From Octopus sinensis (taxonomy: Eukaryota): a DNA stretch of 64,000 nt. The notes under the pieces are model-generated. The model made no database searches. It had not been told where the DNA came from and saw nothing but the letters and a program-made list of their open reading frames with translations. The position numbers and the translations under genes were made by a program. Positions 1 through 13,396 of the stretch are shown here, piece after piece. The stretch covers positions 46,748,001 to 46,812,000 of the forward strand of contig NC_043000.1 in the NCBI RefSeq assembly GCF_006345805.1, written 5' to 3'. The number at the start of each line of letters is the position of its first letter. Within the stretch, counting starts at the first letter, position 1.

Positions 1-1291
1 AAAGCTGCAGGATCAAGTTAGTGATATGTTGTGCCCTTGAGTAAGATACTTCATTTTCTGTTCCTCCAATTACTCAAATGAAAATGAGTACAAGTAGTAG
101 CTGCAGGCTAACCTTACAATGGATTGGTGTCCCTTCCAGATAGGAGTCTTGTACTTTTTGTCATCCAATACCATAATAAATCAAGATAACCTCTAACCTA
201 ACGAGCTTGTAAGCTCCAGACAGTCTTTAACTTTTATCATTACAAATATATATTTTGTCTGTGAAAGAATAGAAAGAAAAGTTATCAACTAAAGAATTTG
301 AAACACAAAAAACACAACTAAGTGGCAATATGCATTTGGTCAAAAATATTATCATTTCTGTTCAACTTGTACAAAGAATTATTGATTTCAGTTTTGAGAT
401 ATTTAATTTCATATCATTTCTAATAATTTATAATCCTGATATATTTAAGATGAAATTATGATATCACTAAGCAGGTCAGTTTAGATCATGTTGGTATTCA
501 TATCTCATTTAGAGGGAAAAAATATCACTCTGTTTTTTTGTTGGATAACTTGAAACACAAGAATTTGAAAAATTCTAAAAATTATAATTGAATGGCAAAT
601 TTAAATTAAAATATAGAAAGAAATAATTATAAAAATTAAAAGCTATAATAAATCTTACTGAAAAAAAATACGCACAGATAAAAAGTAAATATTTATAATT
701 AAATCTCAGCATCTGACAAAGATTTTCAGCAATGAGCACTTGACCATCTATAGTTTTGCTATATTCTGTTTGAGGTGGGATTATTTGCCTGCTAGTTTAA
801 TTCTCATTGTTATCAGATATTTGCATAATTCAAGTAAAGTTTTCTTTCTTATTCTGACAGCTTCTCAATAAGGCCTTTGGGCTCCCTATTAAAACAGTTT
901 AAATAATTTTCACGTTACAAAAGAAAAACAAAAAGAAAGAGAAAGAATCAACGCCACCCCACCACCTCATACTAACATTTCTTTCAAAAACATCATTCTA
1001 TTATGATTTCTTTTCTTCCTCTTTCTTTTACCTTTATAAACATCGACAAAATTTAATAAATTGAAATAATTTGATTCAATTAAATCTTCAACTTGTTTCC
1101 TCGAGGGTTGGTTTTTGTGTGCACATAAATTGAAAAGTTCCTTCTTTTTCATCCATACATACATGTTTAGGTGATTGTATGTGTCTGTGCATTGATGTGT
1201 GTGTGTGTATTTATACACATGCACACACACACACACATATACTATATATGTAATATATAATATATTATCTGTATAATATTTTAATAGTTAT

Positions 1292-1305
1292 AATTGTATG
1301 TGTGT

Positions 1306-1345
<40 letters not shown>

Positions 1346-1438
1346 TTATATGTACATATATAATATATATATCTATATTATATATATACTTATATGTACA
1401 TATACAATATAGATATATATATATATACATATATGTAC

Positions 1439-1493
<55 letters not shown>

Positions 1494-1600
1494 ATATATG
1501 TATATATATATTATATATATACATATAAGTATATATATATCTATATATGTATGTACATTCATATGTACATATATGAGTGTGTTTGGGTGTGTATGTGTGT
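1292..1600. repeat. (TA)n-rich compound microsatellite
   Basis: Long, interrupted TA/TG dinucleotide run. It generates the spurious IY-repeat ORFs in the track. Confidence 0.95.
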
Positions 1601-3236
1601 GCGTATTTCTTTCAATTTTTATGACCTATGAAATTTATTCATTATTTTTTTTTCCATTCCAATAAACATTGTAACATGGCATAACAAAATTTTAGGTCAT
1701 GACTTTTTTTCCTCTTGTCAATCCTATCAGCAGTTTCAATCAAAATTTGAATTTATTGCAATATTTCCAATCAATTCAAATATTTAAAAGCATAAAATCT
1801 ATTAAATACAATGTTAAATGTCCTTTATAATGGATAGAGCGAGTCAATAAAGAATGATTACTAAACAAAACTCCCAGGCCATCACTAAAAATCAGTACGA
1901 TGCCCATAGAATAATGATTTTATTGTTAAATATTCCAGATTTTAAATTTGTTGCAAACAATTTATTCTCTAAAAGCATATATTATGAGTTCAAATTCACT
2001 GCTAATACTTTCAGTGTTTCAAGGCAGAACACTTTAATCTACACCATTCCACGTTCTTTAGCTGTGAATATTAGTTTCCAGATCATCTGCAAATGTTACC
2101 AGTGATACACATGTCTTCTGTCTAAGAGGAGATTCATCGCTCATCTATTTATCATCCAGAAATTAGAACAGAGAACAAATCAATAAAAGCAATCTCTTGA
2201 GGTAGAGTAAACATTTAAACGCATTCAACATATTCTTGCAGAGTTCTGAAAGGGTTTAATTATATATAATGCAAACTGTAAGAAAAAAAGAAAGAAAAAA
2301 GAAAAACTTATCCTAACAACCACATATTAATATGGTCAATATTTGAAGCAAGGCTCAAAAGTTTGCCACAGCCATTTTATTGTCTCTCTTTTATTATTGG
2401 TTTACATTTTGAAGCAATTACATTTACAAGTGTCAGCTTCCTTCCTGCCATTAACCATGCAGGTATAAAACAGGAATGGCCTCTATTTTAATTGCTCAGT
2501 CACAGCACACATAGCAATGCTGTACTGACAGCAAAGATTCTTAACTTTTAATAGTTGAGATAGTCATCATCATCATCATCATCGTTATCTTCATTGTCAT
2601 CATTATCATCTCCCTCATCATCAACTTAATCATTATAAAAAGACAAGAAGAACTTTTTTCCTAGGACCACTCCAAAATGCACCAAAATGTCTTAAATGTG
2701 ACTTTATACAAATATATTTCATTGAATGTTGCTTCATGTGACATTATTTATTTGATTATAGCTTGACCAAGCCTTACACACACCTGCATACATTTTGTAT
2801 GTTGTTTTAATAACAATTGTTTCATTCTTCCAGGACTGCGAGTGACAGATTAGGTTTTTGTAGTAGACAAAGAGAAATGAGACAATAAAACATGCTTCCT
2901 AGGATCCATTCACATCCCGTCTTGTATTTTTACAGATGTCTATGAAGAGAATTTTTTCCTGGAACTAGTACCGTAGCAGAAGCTCTTCCTTTATCCAAAT
3001 GCACTTTTACTCTTTACTATTTAGGTTACTCTGTCAAATGTAATACTTATTTCATATTGTTTGAACTTATATATTAACTCATAGCTTAGGTTCATGGTTC
3101 AAGTCTTGTCAGTGATCCAGTCATTCCAACAAAATCAAATTCACACTAATCATATCCAGCATACTTTAGATTAAAATCTTAATTAGTTAATGACACAATT
3201 GATTATTTTTACAATGATATTATGAGGTGGGTGTGA

Positions 3237-3443
3237 GAGGCCACATCTGACCAGTTGGAGTGTAAAACAGATGGAACATTTTGGCCAGATATGGCCAATT
3301 TAAATGCTAAAGTGTTAAGCATATTCAGTATGACTGTACGTGAACATATTTTATTTGATGCTGCTATGTATAACAATCTTCTTTTTAACACACACTGGAG
3401 TAAGCTTTATGCACACCAACATATGCTCCATATGTTGTTTTAA
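3237..3443 (+). pseudogene. Possible hAT transposase C-terminal dimerisation-domain remnant
   Basis: The translation ...DGTFWPDMANLNAKVLSIFSMTVREHILFDAA...SKLYAHQHMLHMLF resembles the hAT-C pattern W/FPxLAxLAxxxLSIPxSSxxxERxFS...RSxLxxxxxExLLFL. There is an upstream in-frame stop. Recognised by eye. Confidence 0.4.
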
Positions 3444-4449
3444 TCTGAACAATACAAGTATTATAAACTTTAAGGAAAATATTCTTCAACTCTTTTCACC
3501 CACTAACTAATTTTTTTCTATCCCAGTGTTTAATCTGCTTTGTGCAAGGTCCACTTAGTTTTATCAATACAGCTGAGATATTGTTCCGACTCTACATCCC
3601 TCTAGCTGATATTAGAGGATTATTGCTGTAATCTGGATTATCAAAAGACCTATTTCCAGTCAAGAAGAACACAATAGTAAGAGATAGAACTTGAATTCAG
3701 AACACAATGAATTAGAATAGACACCACAAAGCAAGTCGATTGTAGCTTTAACAATTCCTGCAAACATGCACACTGGATTTGCAGTTTGCTTACTGAGGCC
3801 ATAAAAATGAAAGGTAAAGTTGACATCAGTGAAGTTTGAACTTATAGCGTGTAGAAAATCAGAACAAATCTGTAAAGCATTCTAATGTTCAAACTATTCA
3901 CCAATCAATTTGCTGCCACATTCTTCATTTCAACAATGTCATCTTTTAATTCAACATAGGTTTTCTTTTAATGCAACTTTGGTCTCATGAGTTAACAGCA
4001 GCTTTCATTTCTATAATATGACAGAAATTGATTCTGCCTTCAGTTGAATGTGCTAAACAAATGTTGCCATCGAGCTCAAGAATAAATTCATACTAAGTTT
4101 GCATTATCAGTAAACATGAATATAAATGATTGATATTATAAACACCAGTTTGAGACAAAAATGAGATATGAGCAAGTAAAAAGGGTTATGATTCAAGTCT
4201 TGTCAGTGATCCAATCAATCCAACAAAATAAAATTCACACTAATCATATCTAGCATACTTTAGATTAAAATCTTAATTTGTTAATTGTTAAATGTTAAGA
4301 AATAAATCTACTAATGATATTCATTTTGGCCACTGGCTTAGTTACTAAACAGCATTATGAAGGGCATCCAGCTGTAGAAGCTATACCAAATCAGACTGGA
4401 ACCTGGTGCAGCTCTCTGGTTCATCAGCTCCAGTTAAACCATCTAATAT

Positions 4450-4625
<176 letters not shown>

Positions 4626-4671
4626 CACATATATATACACATATATATACACATATAACATATATGTATAT

Positions 4672-4713
<42 letters not shown>

Positions 4714-4954
4714 CTGTGTGTGTACACAAACTAAGGTACCGCATAAAAAGCACTGGTGCTTGTGCCATATAAATAGCACCCAGTACATTCTGTAAAGTGG
4801 TTTGTATTAGGGAGGGCATCCAGCTGTTGAAACCAAGCCAAATCAGACTTTCAAACCTGTCAATCAGTCTAACCCAGGCAAGCATGGAAGCAACCATTAA
4901 ATGATGAAGATGATGATGTTATACACACACACACGTGCGCGTGTGTGTGTGTAT

Positions 4955-5054
4955 AACATATGTTGCAGGTGAGGTAAACTCTTGCTATGCCTGGCAATGA
5001 CTACCCACCTCTGATGAGATCCAACACAAATCGAAACCACATGTGTTGGTGGTC
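4955..5054 (+). ncRNA. Type III hammerhead ribozyme motif with a one-nucleotide defect at the cleavage triplet
   Basis: CTGATGA 5011-5017; stem II GAT/ATC; GAAA 5033-5036. Stem I is AGGTG(A)GGTA 4967-4976 paired with TACCCACCT 5002-5010. Stem III is AACATATGTTG 4955-4965 paired with CCACATGTGTT 5037-5047. Confidence 0.7.
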
Positions 5055-5392
5055 TTGAAACCAGGGTAGCAGGAATTATCTCTTGCTTGCAATAATTATC
5101 AGATCTGAGAAATACACTAAATATACCAGCTGGAGGAGATACCTTCCTGGGGTTAAATGGCAGTATCATCGTCTCTTAGAGAACAGCCACATTAAAGTGG
5201 CTATAAGCAATACTTTTTAGTTCATATACTGCTTTTATGTCAAACAGAGTTTTTCTAAGAGACTAATTTCCTAGAAATAATTTTATTATTCCAAACTGTA
5301 TAATCTTATTATTGTACCAATGTAACATTATCCCATATCCACAGAAGCAAAAGTATATTCCCAGCAATACTGCTAATAGAATGAGTAAAAAT

Positions 5393-5732
5393 GAGTGTGG
5401 CTGTGTGGTAAGGATTTTTGCTTCTCAACCACATGGTTCTAGGTTCAGCACCACTGCATGACATATTGGGCAAGTGTTTTCAACTATTGACTTGTGCTGA
5501 CCAAAATCTTGTGAATGGATTTGTATGGGTGTGTGTTGTATTTGTCCCCCACAACTGTTAGACAACCGGTGTTGGTTTGTTTATGTCCCCCATGACTTAG
5601 TGTTTGAGCCAAAAATACTAATGAAATAAGTAGCATACTTAAAATATAAGTACTGGGGTTGATTTGTTTGACTAAGTCCTTCAAATCAGTGTCCCAGCAT
5701 AGCCACACTCTGATGACTGAAACAAGTAAAAG
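5393..5732 (+). mobile_element. tRNA-derived SINE, family A (degenerate copy)
   Basis: A-box-like TGGCTGTGTGGT and B-box-like GGTTCAG. Body and tail (ATGACTGAAACAAGTAAAAG) are shared with the copies at 45.9, 47.8 and 54.6 kb. Confidence 0.75.
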
Positions 5733-6493
5733 CTACAAGATATTAGTAATGGTAACCTGCTTTTCATTTCTCTGCACAAATTAGATTGAGCTTTGGATAT
5801 ATTTAGTTATATCAAATGACTTGTTAACCAATACTTCGGTAATTTATTTAATCAATATAACAGCTAAGATATGCAAATTGGTATACCTGATTCAATAAAG
5901 CTCTTAATAATAGTGGCTTTAAATACAATTTCATTGTAGACAGTTAAGACTAGAGTAAGTGGTTGCAAATGAAATTGTAATCACTATTAAAACTCCACCA
6001 GATCACTCTTTTTCTGTCCGCAGTTGCAAAAACAAAGACAGCTATTTATGACTGCCCAATGTATCCAATTAATTCTAATAAATTTATCCACATATAGTGT
6101 GAACATGAAACTATAGTCTTATTCTGCGGTATATCACAACATCAAAAACAAAGAGTGCTAACGCATCAGTGATTTACTTTATCAAATTAACTGCCAAGAA
6201 TGCATCTAATATGCAAATCCGTGTACCTGATTGAATAAAGCCTTTAATAATAGTGGCTATAAATATGATTTCATTGAGGGCAGTTAAGAGTAGGGTAAAT
6301 GGTCGCTCATGACAATGTAATGATGATTGAAACCATAAACCAGCTGATTCTTCATTTTCTGTCCATAGTGAAATGATGAAAACAAAAACAGATGGCCATT
6401 TTCTGTCCACAATATGTAACTGATTTCAATTAACTTACATGGCTGTGTGGTTAAGATGTTTGCTTCACATCTATGTAGTGTTGGGTTTATACC

Positions 6494-6810
6494 TATTTCT
6501 TTATTACCCACAAGGAGCTAAACACAGAGGGGACAAACAAGGACAGACATAGGTATTAAGTTGATTACATCGACCCCAGTGCATAACTGGTACTTAATTT
6601 ATCGACCCCAAAAAGATGAAAGGCAAAGTCGACCTCGGCAGAATTTGAACTCACAACGTAACGACAGACGAAATACTGTTACGTTGTGAGTTCAATTTCC
6701 GCCGAGGTTGACTTTGCTTTCATCCTTTCGGGGTCGATAAATTAAGTACCAGTTCCGCACTGGGGTCGATGTAATCGACTTAATACCTATGTCTATCCTT
6801 GTTTGTCCTT
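6494..6810. mobile_element. Head-to-head inverted dimer of SINE family B flanked by a 15-bp target-site duplication
   Basis: Arms at about 6531-6662 and 6678-6809 are reverse complements. TGTTGGGTTTATACC occurs at 6479-6493 and 6811-6825. Confidence 0.85.
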
Positions 6811-7045
6811 TGTTGGGTTTATACCAACTGCACAGTACCTTGGTTGAGTGTTGTTTCCTCGTGCTCTGGACCAATCATAATCGTTTCACTAGGAAAATTA
6901 TTTAATGTAATGCTGTGCACCATTCATAATTATTTTACTTATTCAGTTGAATATTTTTTGTGCAACATTTATTTCTGAAAATTATTTACATTATTTACAA
7001 TTGACGGATATTTTCCTCATCTTGTTTGTGTTAACCCTAATCCTG

Positions 7046-7250
7046 AGTTCCTTTTGAGCATTGGGCCGCATGGAGGCAAAGTGGTTGAGTTTCTTTTGAG
7101 CGTTGGGACTCATAGAGGCAAAATGGCTGAATTCCTTCAAGTGTTGGCCTCATGGAGGTGAGGTGGCTAAGTTCCTTTCAAGCATTGGGCCCCATGGAGG
7201 CAAAGTGGCCAAGTTACTTTCAAGTGTTGGGCCTCATCGAAGTAGTGACC
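7046..7250 (+). repeat. Tandem repeat of about 41 bp, about 5 copies, upstream of a (GAT)n-tailed element
   Basis: A unit like GAGTTCCTTTTGAGCATTGGGCCGCATGGAGGCAAAGTGGTT is repeated with divergence. Confidence 0.8.
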
Positions 7251-8124
7251 AAGACCTTTGACATTATGTCATGCTTGAGAAGAAGGCCTGTCAAGCTGAG
7301 CAAAATCAGTCATGGTAGATACCAGTGGCATGTAAAAGCTCCCATTACACACACTTGGAGTGGTTGGTGTTAGGAAGGACATCTAGCCATAGAAAACCAC
7401 GGCAAATCAGACTGGAGCCTGGCACAGCCTTCCAGCATGATAGCCCAGTCAGACTCTCCAACCCATGCCAGCATGGACAACAGACGTTAATTGAGGATGA
7501 GGATGATAATGATGATTAGGATTTAAATTCCATTCTATGAAAAGCTTTCTTTCTACAATATTCTTAAAGAAGTGAAAGAAATTATCCAGTAACTTCAGCC
7601 AGTACAAATGAGTCTGATAGGTGTAAAAGGCTAAGTGATGTCACTTGTCAAGAGTACAGATGACAGTCAGATCACTGATGTTTGTTGTGTACTCCGCTGT
7701 CATTATTCTGTCATTATTGCTGTTATTCTGTGCATCTGTGTGTAAAAATCAGTTGCATTTTGCAGGGTTGCTTTATTTTCAACCTTACCATAGAAATGGA
7801 GAAAGACATAGTGCTAGATATAAAAAATAAATCATTTGGGTGAAATCTGTGATGAGCCCAAGTGACGCTGATGATCTGGATTTGCCTCTGATATATATAT
7901 ATATATATATATGCAGGGGTTGGTGGCAGTTCCTGCTGTATTCTTTCGCCGCAACTTTCTCTCACTCTTTCTTCAGTTGGCCTGCTCGCTTAGCCAGCGG
8001 GGTGGCATCATTTGAAGACTAAAACAATGCAAAGCGCATTGTGACCAGCGATATGTAGCAACATCTGATAGTCTGGTCAGCCACGGTGATCACGGTGATA
8101 TATATATATATATATATATATATC

Positions 8125-9120
8125 TCACTTGTGAAGACCGGTTGAGGCAAGTGAAAATCAAATCAAATCAAATCAAATCAAAATAGACAAAATAGATGAA
8201 CATCAATGGAATTTGTATCTTGTGGTACCAGTGCCTGTGGCACACAAGAAATCCATCAGTGCCGTAGTCAGTGCGGTGGGCACATGACAAACACCATCTG
8301 ATCGTGGCCGTTCGCCAGCCTCATCTAGCACCTGTGTCGGTGGCACATAAAAACACATCCGAAGACCCGGCAAGACTAGTCAGGCCATAACCCATGGCCC
8401 CTACCTGGGACGTAGTCAGTCCACCTGTGCATACCTTCCTTCTTGTGACACTTGTGAAGACCTGTTGAGGCAAGTGAAAATCAAATCAAAACAAATCAAA
8501 ATAGATGAACATCAATGGAATTGTATCTTTGTGGTACCAGTGCCGGTGGCACGTGGCACATAAGAAAACCATCCGAACGTGGCCGTAGCCAGTACCGCAT
8601 CGACTGGCCTCCGTGCTGTGGGCACGTAACAAGCACCATCCGATCGTGGCCGTTTGCCAGCCTCATCTGGCACCTGTGTCGGTGGCACATAAAAACACCA
8701 TCCGAGCGTGGCCGTCTGCCAGCCTCGTCTGGCACCTGTGTCGGTGGCACATAAAAACACATCCGAGCGTGGCGTCTGCCAGCCTCGTCTGGCACCTGTG
8801 TCGGTGGCACATAAAAAACACCATCCGAGCGTGGCCGTCTGCCAGCCTCGTCTGGCACCTGTGTCGGTGGCACATAAAAAACACCATCCGAGCGTGGCCG
8901 TTTGTCAGCCTCGTCTGGCACCTGTGTCGGTGGCACATAAAATCACCCACTACACTCTCGGAGTGGTTGGCGTTAGGAAGGGCATCCAGCTGTAGAAACA
9001 CTGCCAGATCTGACTGGACTGGTGCAGCTTTCGGGCTCCCCAGACCCCAGTTGAACCGTCCAACCCATGCTAGCATGGAAAGCGGACGTTAAATGATGAT
9101 GATGATGATGATGATGATGA
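8125..9120 (+). mobile_element. Non-autonomous retroelement family C with (GAT)n tail, internal 62-bp tandem array and duplicated 5' part
   Basis: The 3' end GTTAGGAAGGGCATCCAGCTGTAGAAAC...CAACCCATGCTAGCATGGAA...(GAT)n recurs at 4.8, 7.4, 39.1, 41.9, 52.7, 58.9 and 63.2 kb. The segment at 8127 is repeated at 8449. Confidence 0.8.
8634..8943 (+). repeat. Minisatellite of about 62 bp, 5 copies
   Basis: Unit CACCATCCGAGCGTGGCCGTCTGCCAGCCTCGTCTGGCACCTGTGTCGGTGGCACATAAAAA. It explains the repetitive ORFs at 8496-9092. Confidence 0.95.
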
Positions 9121-10479
9121 TATATACATGGTAAATAACAATGGATTAAATTGCTATATTCTTCTGAAGATCTGGTGTTTCAAAATGATTATACAACTAC
9201 CTATGCAATGATAACGGCATATCTTACAGTTTATACACTAGTGAAGTGAGTGTAAACATTGTGTAATTTACGATGTTATAATGAAGACTTTTGTTCCATT
9301 CTACATACAAACACACATACATATTAAGAGAGATACAATACATATACATATGCATATGTGTCTGTGTGTATGTATATGTTTGTGTCTGTTTGTGTTAACA
9401 TTGTGTGATAATTGTGCGAACATCATAATCATTGAAGGAGATTTGTTTATTTGCAGTTTTCTGTGAAATCTCGTCCAGTTATTGTGTTGTTTGTGTTCAA
9501 AGAACTAGAGAAATATAGTATCATAATATCTTTCTTAGCAATCACTAAATACTAGTGATGGAAAGAGCAGCTGCCCATAGAATGGAAAGTAGAAATTAAA
9601 ATGATGATAATGGCATTGACAATGACAACACAGATATGGCTTTGATTTACAGATTTGTTCTGTAGTATATCTTAACATAAAAAAAGCATTGCTAAGCATA
9701 TCACTAAAATATAATTAGTAGCGTAAAATGTCTTGTGAAATAACTCAGAAGTAATGAATAACGCAATATCTCTTTTTTGTATTAAAATTTCTGAACTCTG
9801 TAATCACTGTAAAACTAGTTACTGTTTCAACCAAATTCATTGTAAGCTAACAAGGGACCCTTTACGTGGTCGCTTGGCTTACTAGAAATAACAGCAAAAT
9901 CACACTCAAATCATGCTTACTAGCTTAAAAAAGGGTACAATTAATGTAGTTCTGGGTCTGCTAAATGTAGAAAACTAAAGGAATTGTTAAAACTGGAATA
10001 TATTTGCTGGTAGGTTTGCTTGATTGAAATTGACTTTGGCTTTAATAACAACAGAAGCTGCTATAACAACAACAATAAACTTCATTTGTAAGAATCTTTG
10101 TAGTTTAAACTTTAATGCAGTTCCTTGTATAGACATAGGTTGAGTATCTTGTCAAAATAGGTGGAATTTTTTTTATGGGTCAACAAATGAGCTTCTGTGT
10201 GCTAATTTAATCTGATAGAAATAGAAACCAAGTCTCCCGGAAATATCCATATAATCGTATGATTAATAAAAGAAGATACATTAAATAATATAGTCCAAAA
10301 ACTGGATGGTCAAAATCAGAATGTCTTTAAATGTAGGTCGATTCGAAATATTAGAAAATACACAAAATTCTTCGTAAATTGTAATCTAAATTGTTTAAAA
10401 CAACTGCAATAGGATATGATTTGAATAGCAGCATTACCTTATTGTTATTATCATCAATACCATCGTTGCTGTCATCTTC

Positions 10480-10519
10480 ATCATCATCATCATCAGTGAT
10501 ATCATCAGCATCGTCGTCG

Positions 10520-10581
<62 letters not shown>

Positions 10582-10590
10582 TTCATCATT
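10480..10590. repeat. (ATC)n microsatellite
   Basis: Visible directly. Source of the poly-D and poly-S ORFs. Confidence 0.95.
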
Positions 10591-11922
10591 ACTATCTTTT
10601 TTCATGTCTGCTTATTTGTACCAGCATGAGTTAGATTGGACTTCTTTGGATGCTCTTCCTGATGCCAACTTTTTATTTAATGGCCCATACAGTATGTGAA
10701 AACATGATGTACTTCTATGTCTGTTCCTGAATATAACATTACTTTACTTTCCATATTACATTTCGATGAATCTCAAACTGTTGAAACAGTAACTTTCCAC
10801 TTACATATTCCACAAGCTAACCAGTGAATTTCTGGATGGCTACCTGACCTGCTAGTTATAGTCAAATCTTCTTTTCTGTCCTACTCAGAAAATGGAAGCT
10901 TGACATCTCCTTATTTCAGCAATGAGGAAGCAGTTGTTGATCAACTGTTCATTGAATTAGCATATAAGTACTGAGTGTTCCACAGACATAAGAACCCTTC
11001 ATGTAATTGTTAGGTAAAATCCATGTGAGATAGTGTGCAATAAGGATACATCATCTAAGTTCAAATTCCACCAAGGTCGACTTTGCCTTTCATCCTTGTG
11101 GGGTCAATGAAATATGTACTATTTGAACATTAGGGGTCAACGTAATCAACTTATGTCATTCCTTTAAAATGGTGACCTTGTGCCAAAAATTTCAGACTAA
11201 TATGGATAAAACTTTGAAATACAGGTATAACTGATCTAATAGCTTTTCATGAATTACCATCTGCACAATTTCACCTATGTGGCTTGGGTTCACCTGAAGC
11301 ACTTGCTCAAGATGTCATTCACTGAGATGGAAACTAGGACCTTGTGATTGCAAATTGAACTTCTCAACTATTTGGCTATACTGTTGCTACCCATGCTTCA
11401 TTTTCTTAAAAGAAAGTAATGTATTAGATAATGTTTTCTGGGGTAGGGTGCCCCTGAATAAAATGAAATTTACATGGATTAAATATTTTTGATCATAATT
11501 CTGCTTCATCATAGCGGACTTTGGGCTAACCAAAAAAAGTAACATAAGTAAAATTCCTCATGCAATGCACTTCAGAGTATTTTATGGGATGTGGTGCCCA
11601 TTGTTGTTAAATGTACTTTATAGCAATGAAAGAAAATAATACAAGTAATATGATGAGATATCAAAACATTACCAAAGAAGAGAATAGAAATCTTTGTGTT
11701 GTTGAGGGTTTAATGTTTGGGCATGTAGACAGACGAAGTGTCAGATATAGTCAGATATTTGATTTTGATTTTCCAGTTTCAGCTAATGAGCTGTGGCCAT
11801 GCTGGGCACCGCCATCTAGATATTTAGATAAGAAGATTGATAGATAGATAGATAGATAGATAGCTGAAAAGTTAGACAAACAGACAACTAGCTAGCTTGA
11901 TAGATAGATAGGTATATATATA

Positions 11923-12064
<142 letters not shown>

Positions 12065-12092
12065 ATATAGATAGATAGATAGATAGATAGAT

Positions 12093-12129
<37 letters not shown>

Positions 12130-13396
12130 CAGACAGGCAAACAAAGAATTAGATGCTTAGAGTGGGTATGAAAAAAGAAAGAGAGAGAGAGAAAGAAAGA
12201 GAGGGAGATTGGAAGATTACCTTTTTCCTTTGTAATGCTATTTTCTCACATTACTATAAAATACTTTCAACAGCAATAACTTCCTGTCCACAAGATAACA
12301 TGTTGCTTGTGATACAACATTACATTACATACAGTACATTATATTAACTGCATTAAATTTTTTTTTAAATAAACAAATTTGAATAAATAAAATAGATAAA
12401 TTAGTGTTAATGGAAAAAAAATTGGAATTTTACATTCAAGTGATTTTTATAGTTTTCTATTTGATAGATAAAATATTAATTTGGAGACAAAATTCTTATA
12501 TTTGTGATTATATTCAACGAAGACTAGAAACTGAAGATATGTTAGTTTTAAAATCATGTATTTTTTGCAAATTCAATCAGAATTAAGATGTCATTTCTCA
12601 TTCATTTCTCTCTCTCTCCCTCACTTTGTAATTTTCCACCTCTCTACTCTCACTGTACATACACATGCACACACACACACAGACACACAGTCAGACTCAC
12701 ACACACACAAACACAAACATGCAGATCTGTGTATGTGTGTGTATACACACTGACATACATACATGTATGCACACACACACACACACACACAAACACACAT
12801 ACGTGCACACACACACACACAGACATACACACACACATATACATTATTCAGTCTGGAAAGACTTTAGCAAAATTTTGTTCTCCTTTTACATTGTTAGGCA
12901 TCTCCACATGTATGTTTCTGTGTATATGCCTGCATGTATATGCATATATATTAGTCTTTGTTAGCAGAAACGCCTGTCATTGACTGAACTGAAATAAGCT
13001 GCCGAAATTGTACTATGAATATTGAAAATTATTCACTTAGATTGTATTGAACATATATTAGAAATGGTTGTTAACTTTCATGTAGAGGATAGAGCTGTTT
13101 TTCTTTTGGCCAATATTGTCATGGGTGCATATAAACTTCTGATCTATGACCTATAGTATTTCTTAGTCTATAAATGAAGCAAATATTACACAAACTTTGG
13201 CTTATGCCTTGTATAAGATAAGTCAATAAAAGTTCAGGGAAAACTAAAAACATATGTACTATAATTTATTGAACTCAAGTATTACAACAAACAAAAATGC
13301 GAATAGCTTTTCGTAGACGAATATAGTGTGATGTTGACTATGTCAATTTAAAGTTATTAATAATTTTGCAAATTTTAGTTTGTTGGTCCCATGGTA

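Noticed and set aside
967-1170. Protein-like minus-strand stretch MKKKELFNLCAHKNQPSRKQVEDLIESNYF… ending at a possible donor
   Set aside because: No acceptor with a pyrimidine tract and no family similarity recognised.
1281-1665. Many ORFs of IY, CV, HT, LSIY, poly-I, poly-D or poly-T type throughout the window
   Set aside because: They are translations of (TA)n, (TG)n, (TCTA)n, (AAT)n, (ATC)n and (AGT)n microsatellites, not genes.
5820-6365. Old tandem duplication with a period of about 345 bp; also short duplications at 29140-29280, 41275-41345 and 49389-49600
   Set aside because: These are ordinary local duplications with no further structure.
7940-7982. Minus-strand CTGAAGA…CGAAA in a TA-flanked 200-bp repeat
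   Set aside because: The intervening sequence cannot form stem II.
8634-8943. Regular repeat array superficially like a CRISPR array
   Set aside because: The units are head-to-tail with no unique spacers, the context is eukaryotic, and there are no cas genes.
13085-13135. Possible 3' hairpin and CTAG terminus of the autonomous Helitron
   Set aside because: Only a vague GCACCC…GGCC remnant is present, with no CTRR, so the end cannot be placed.
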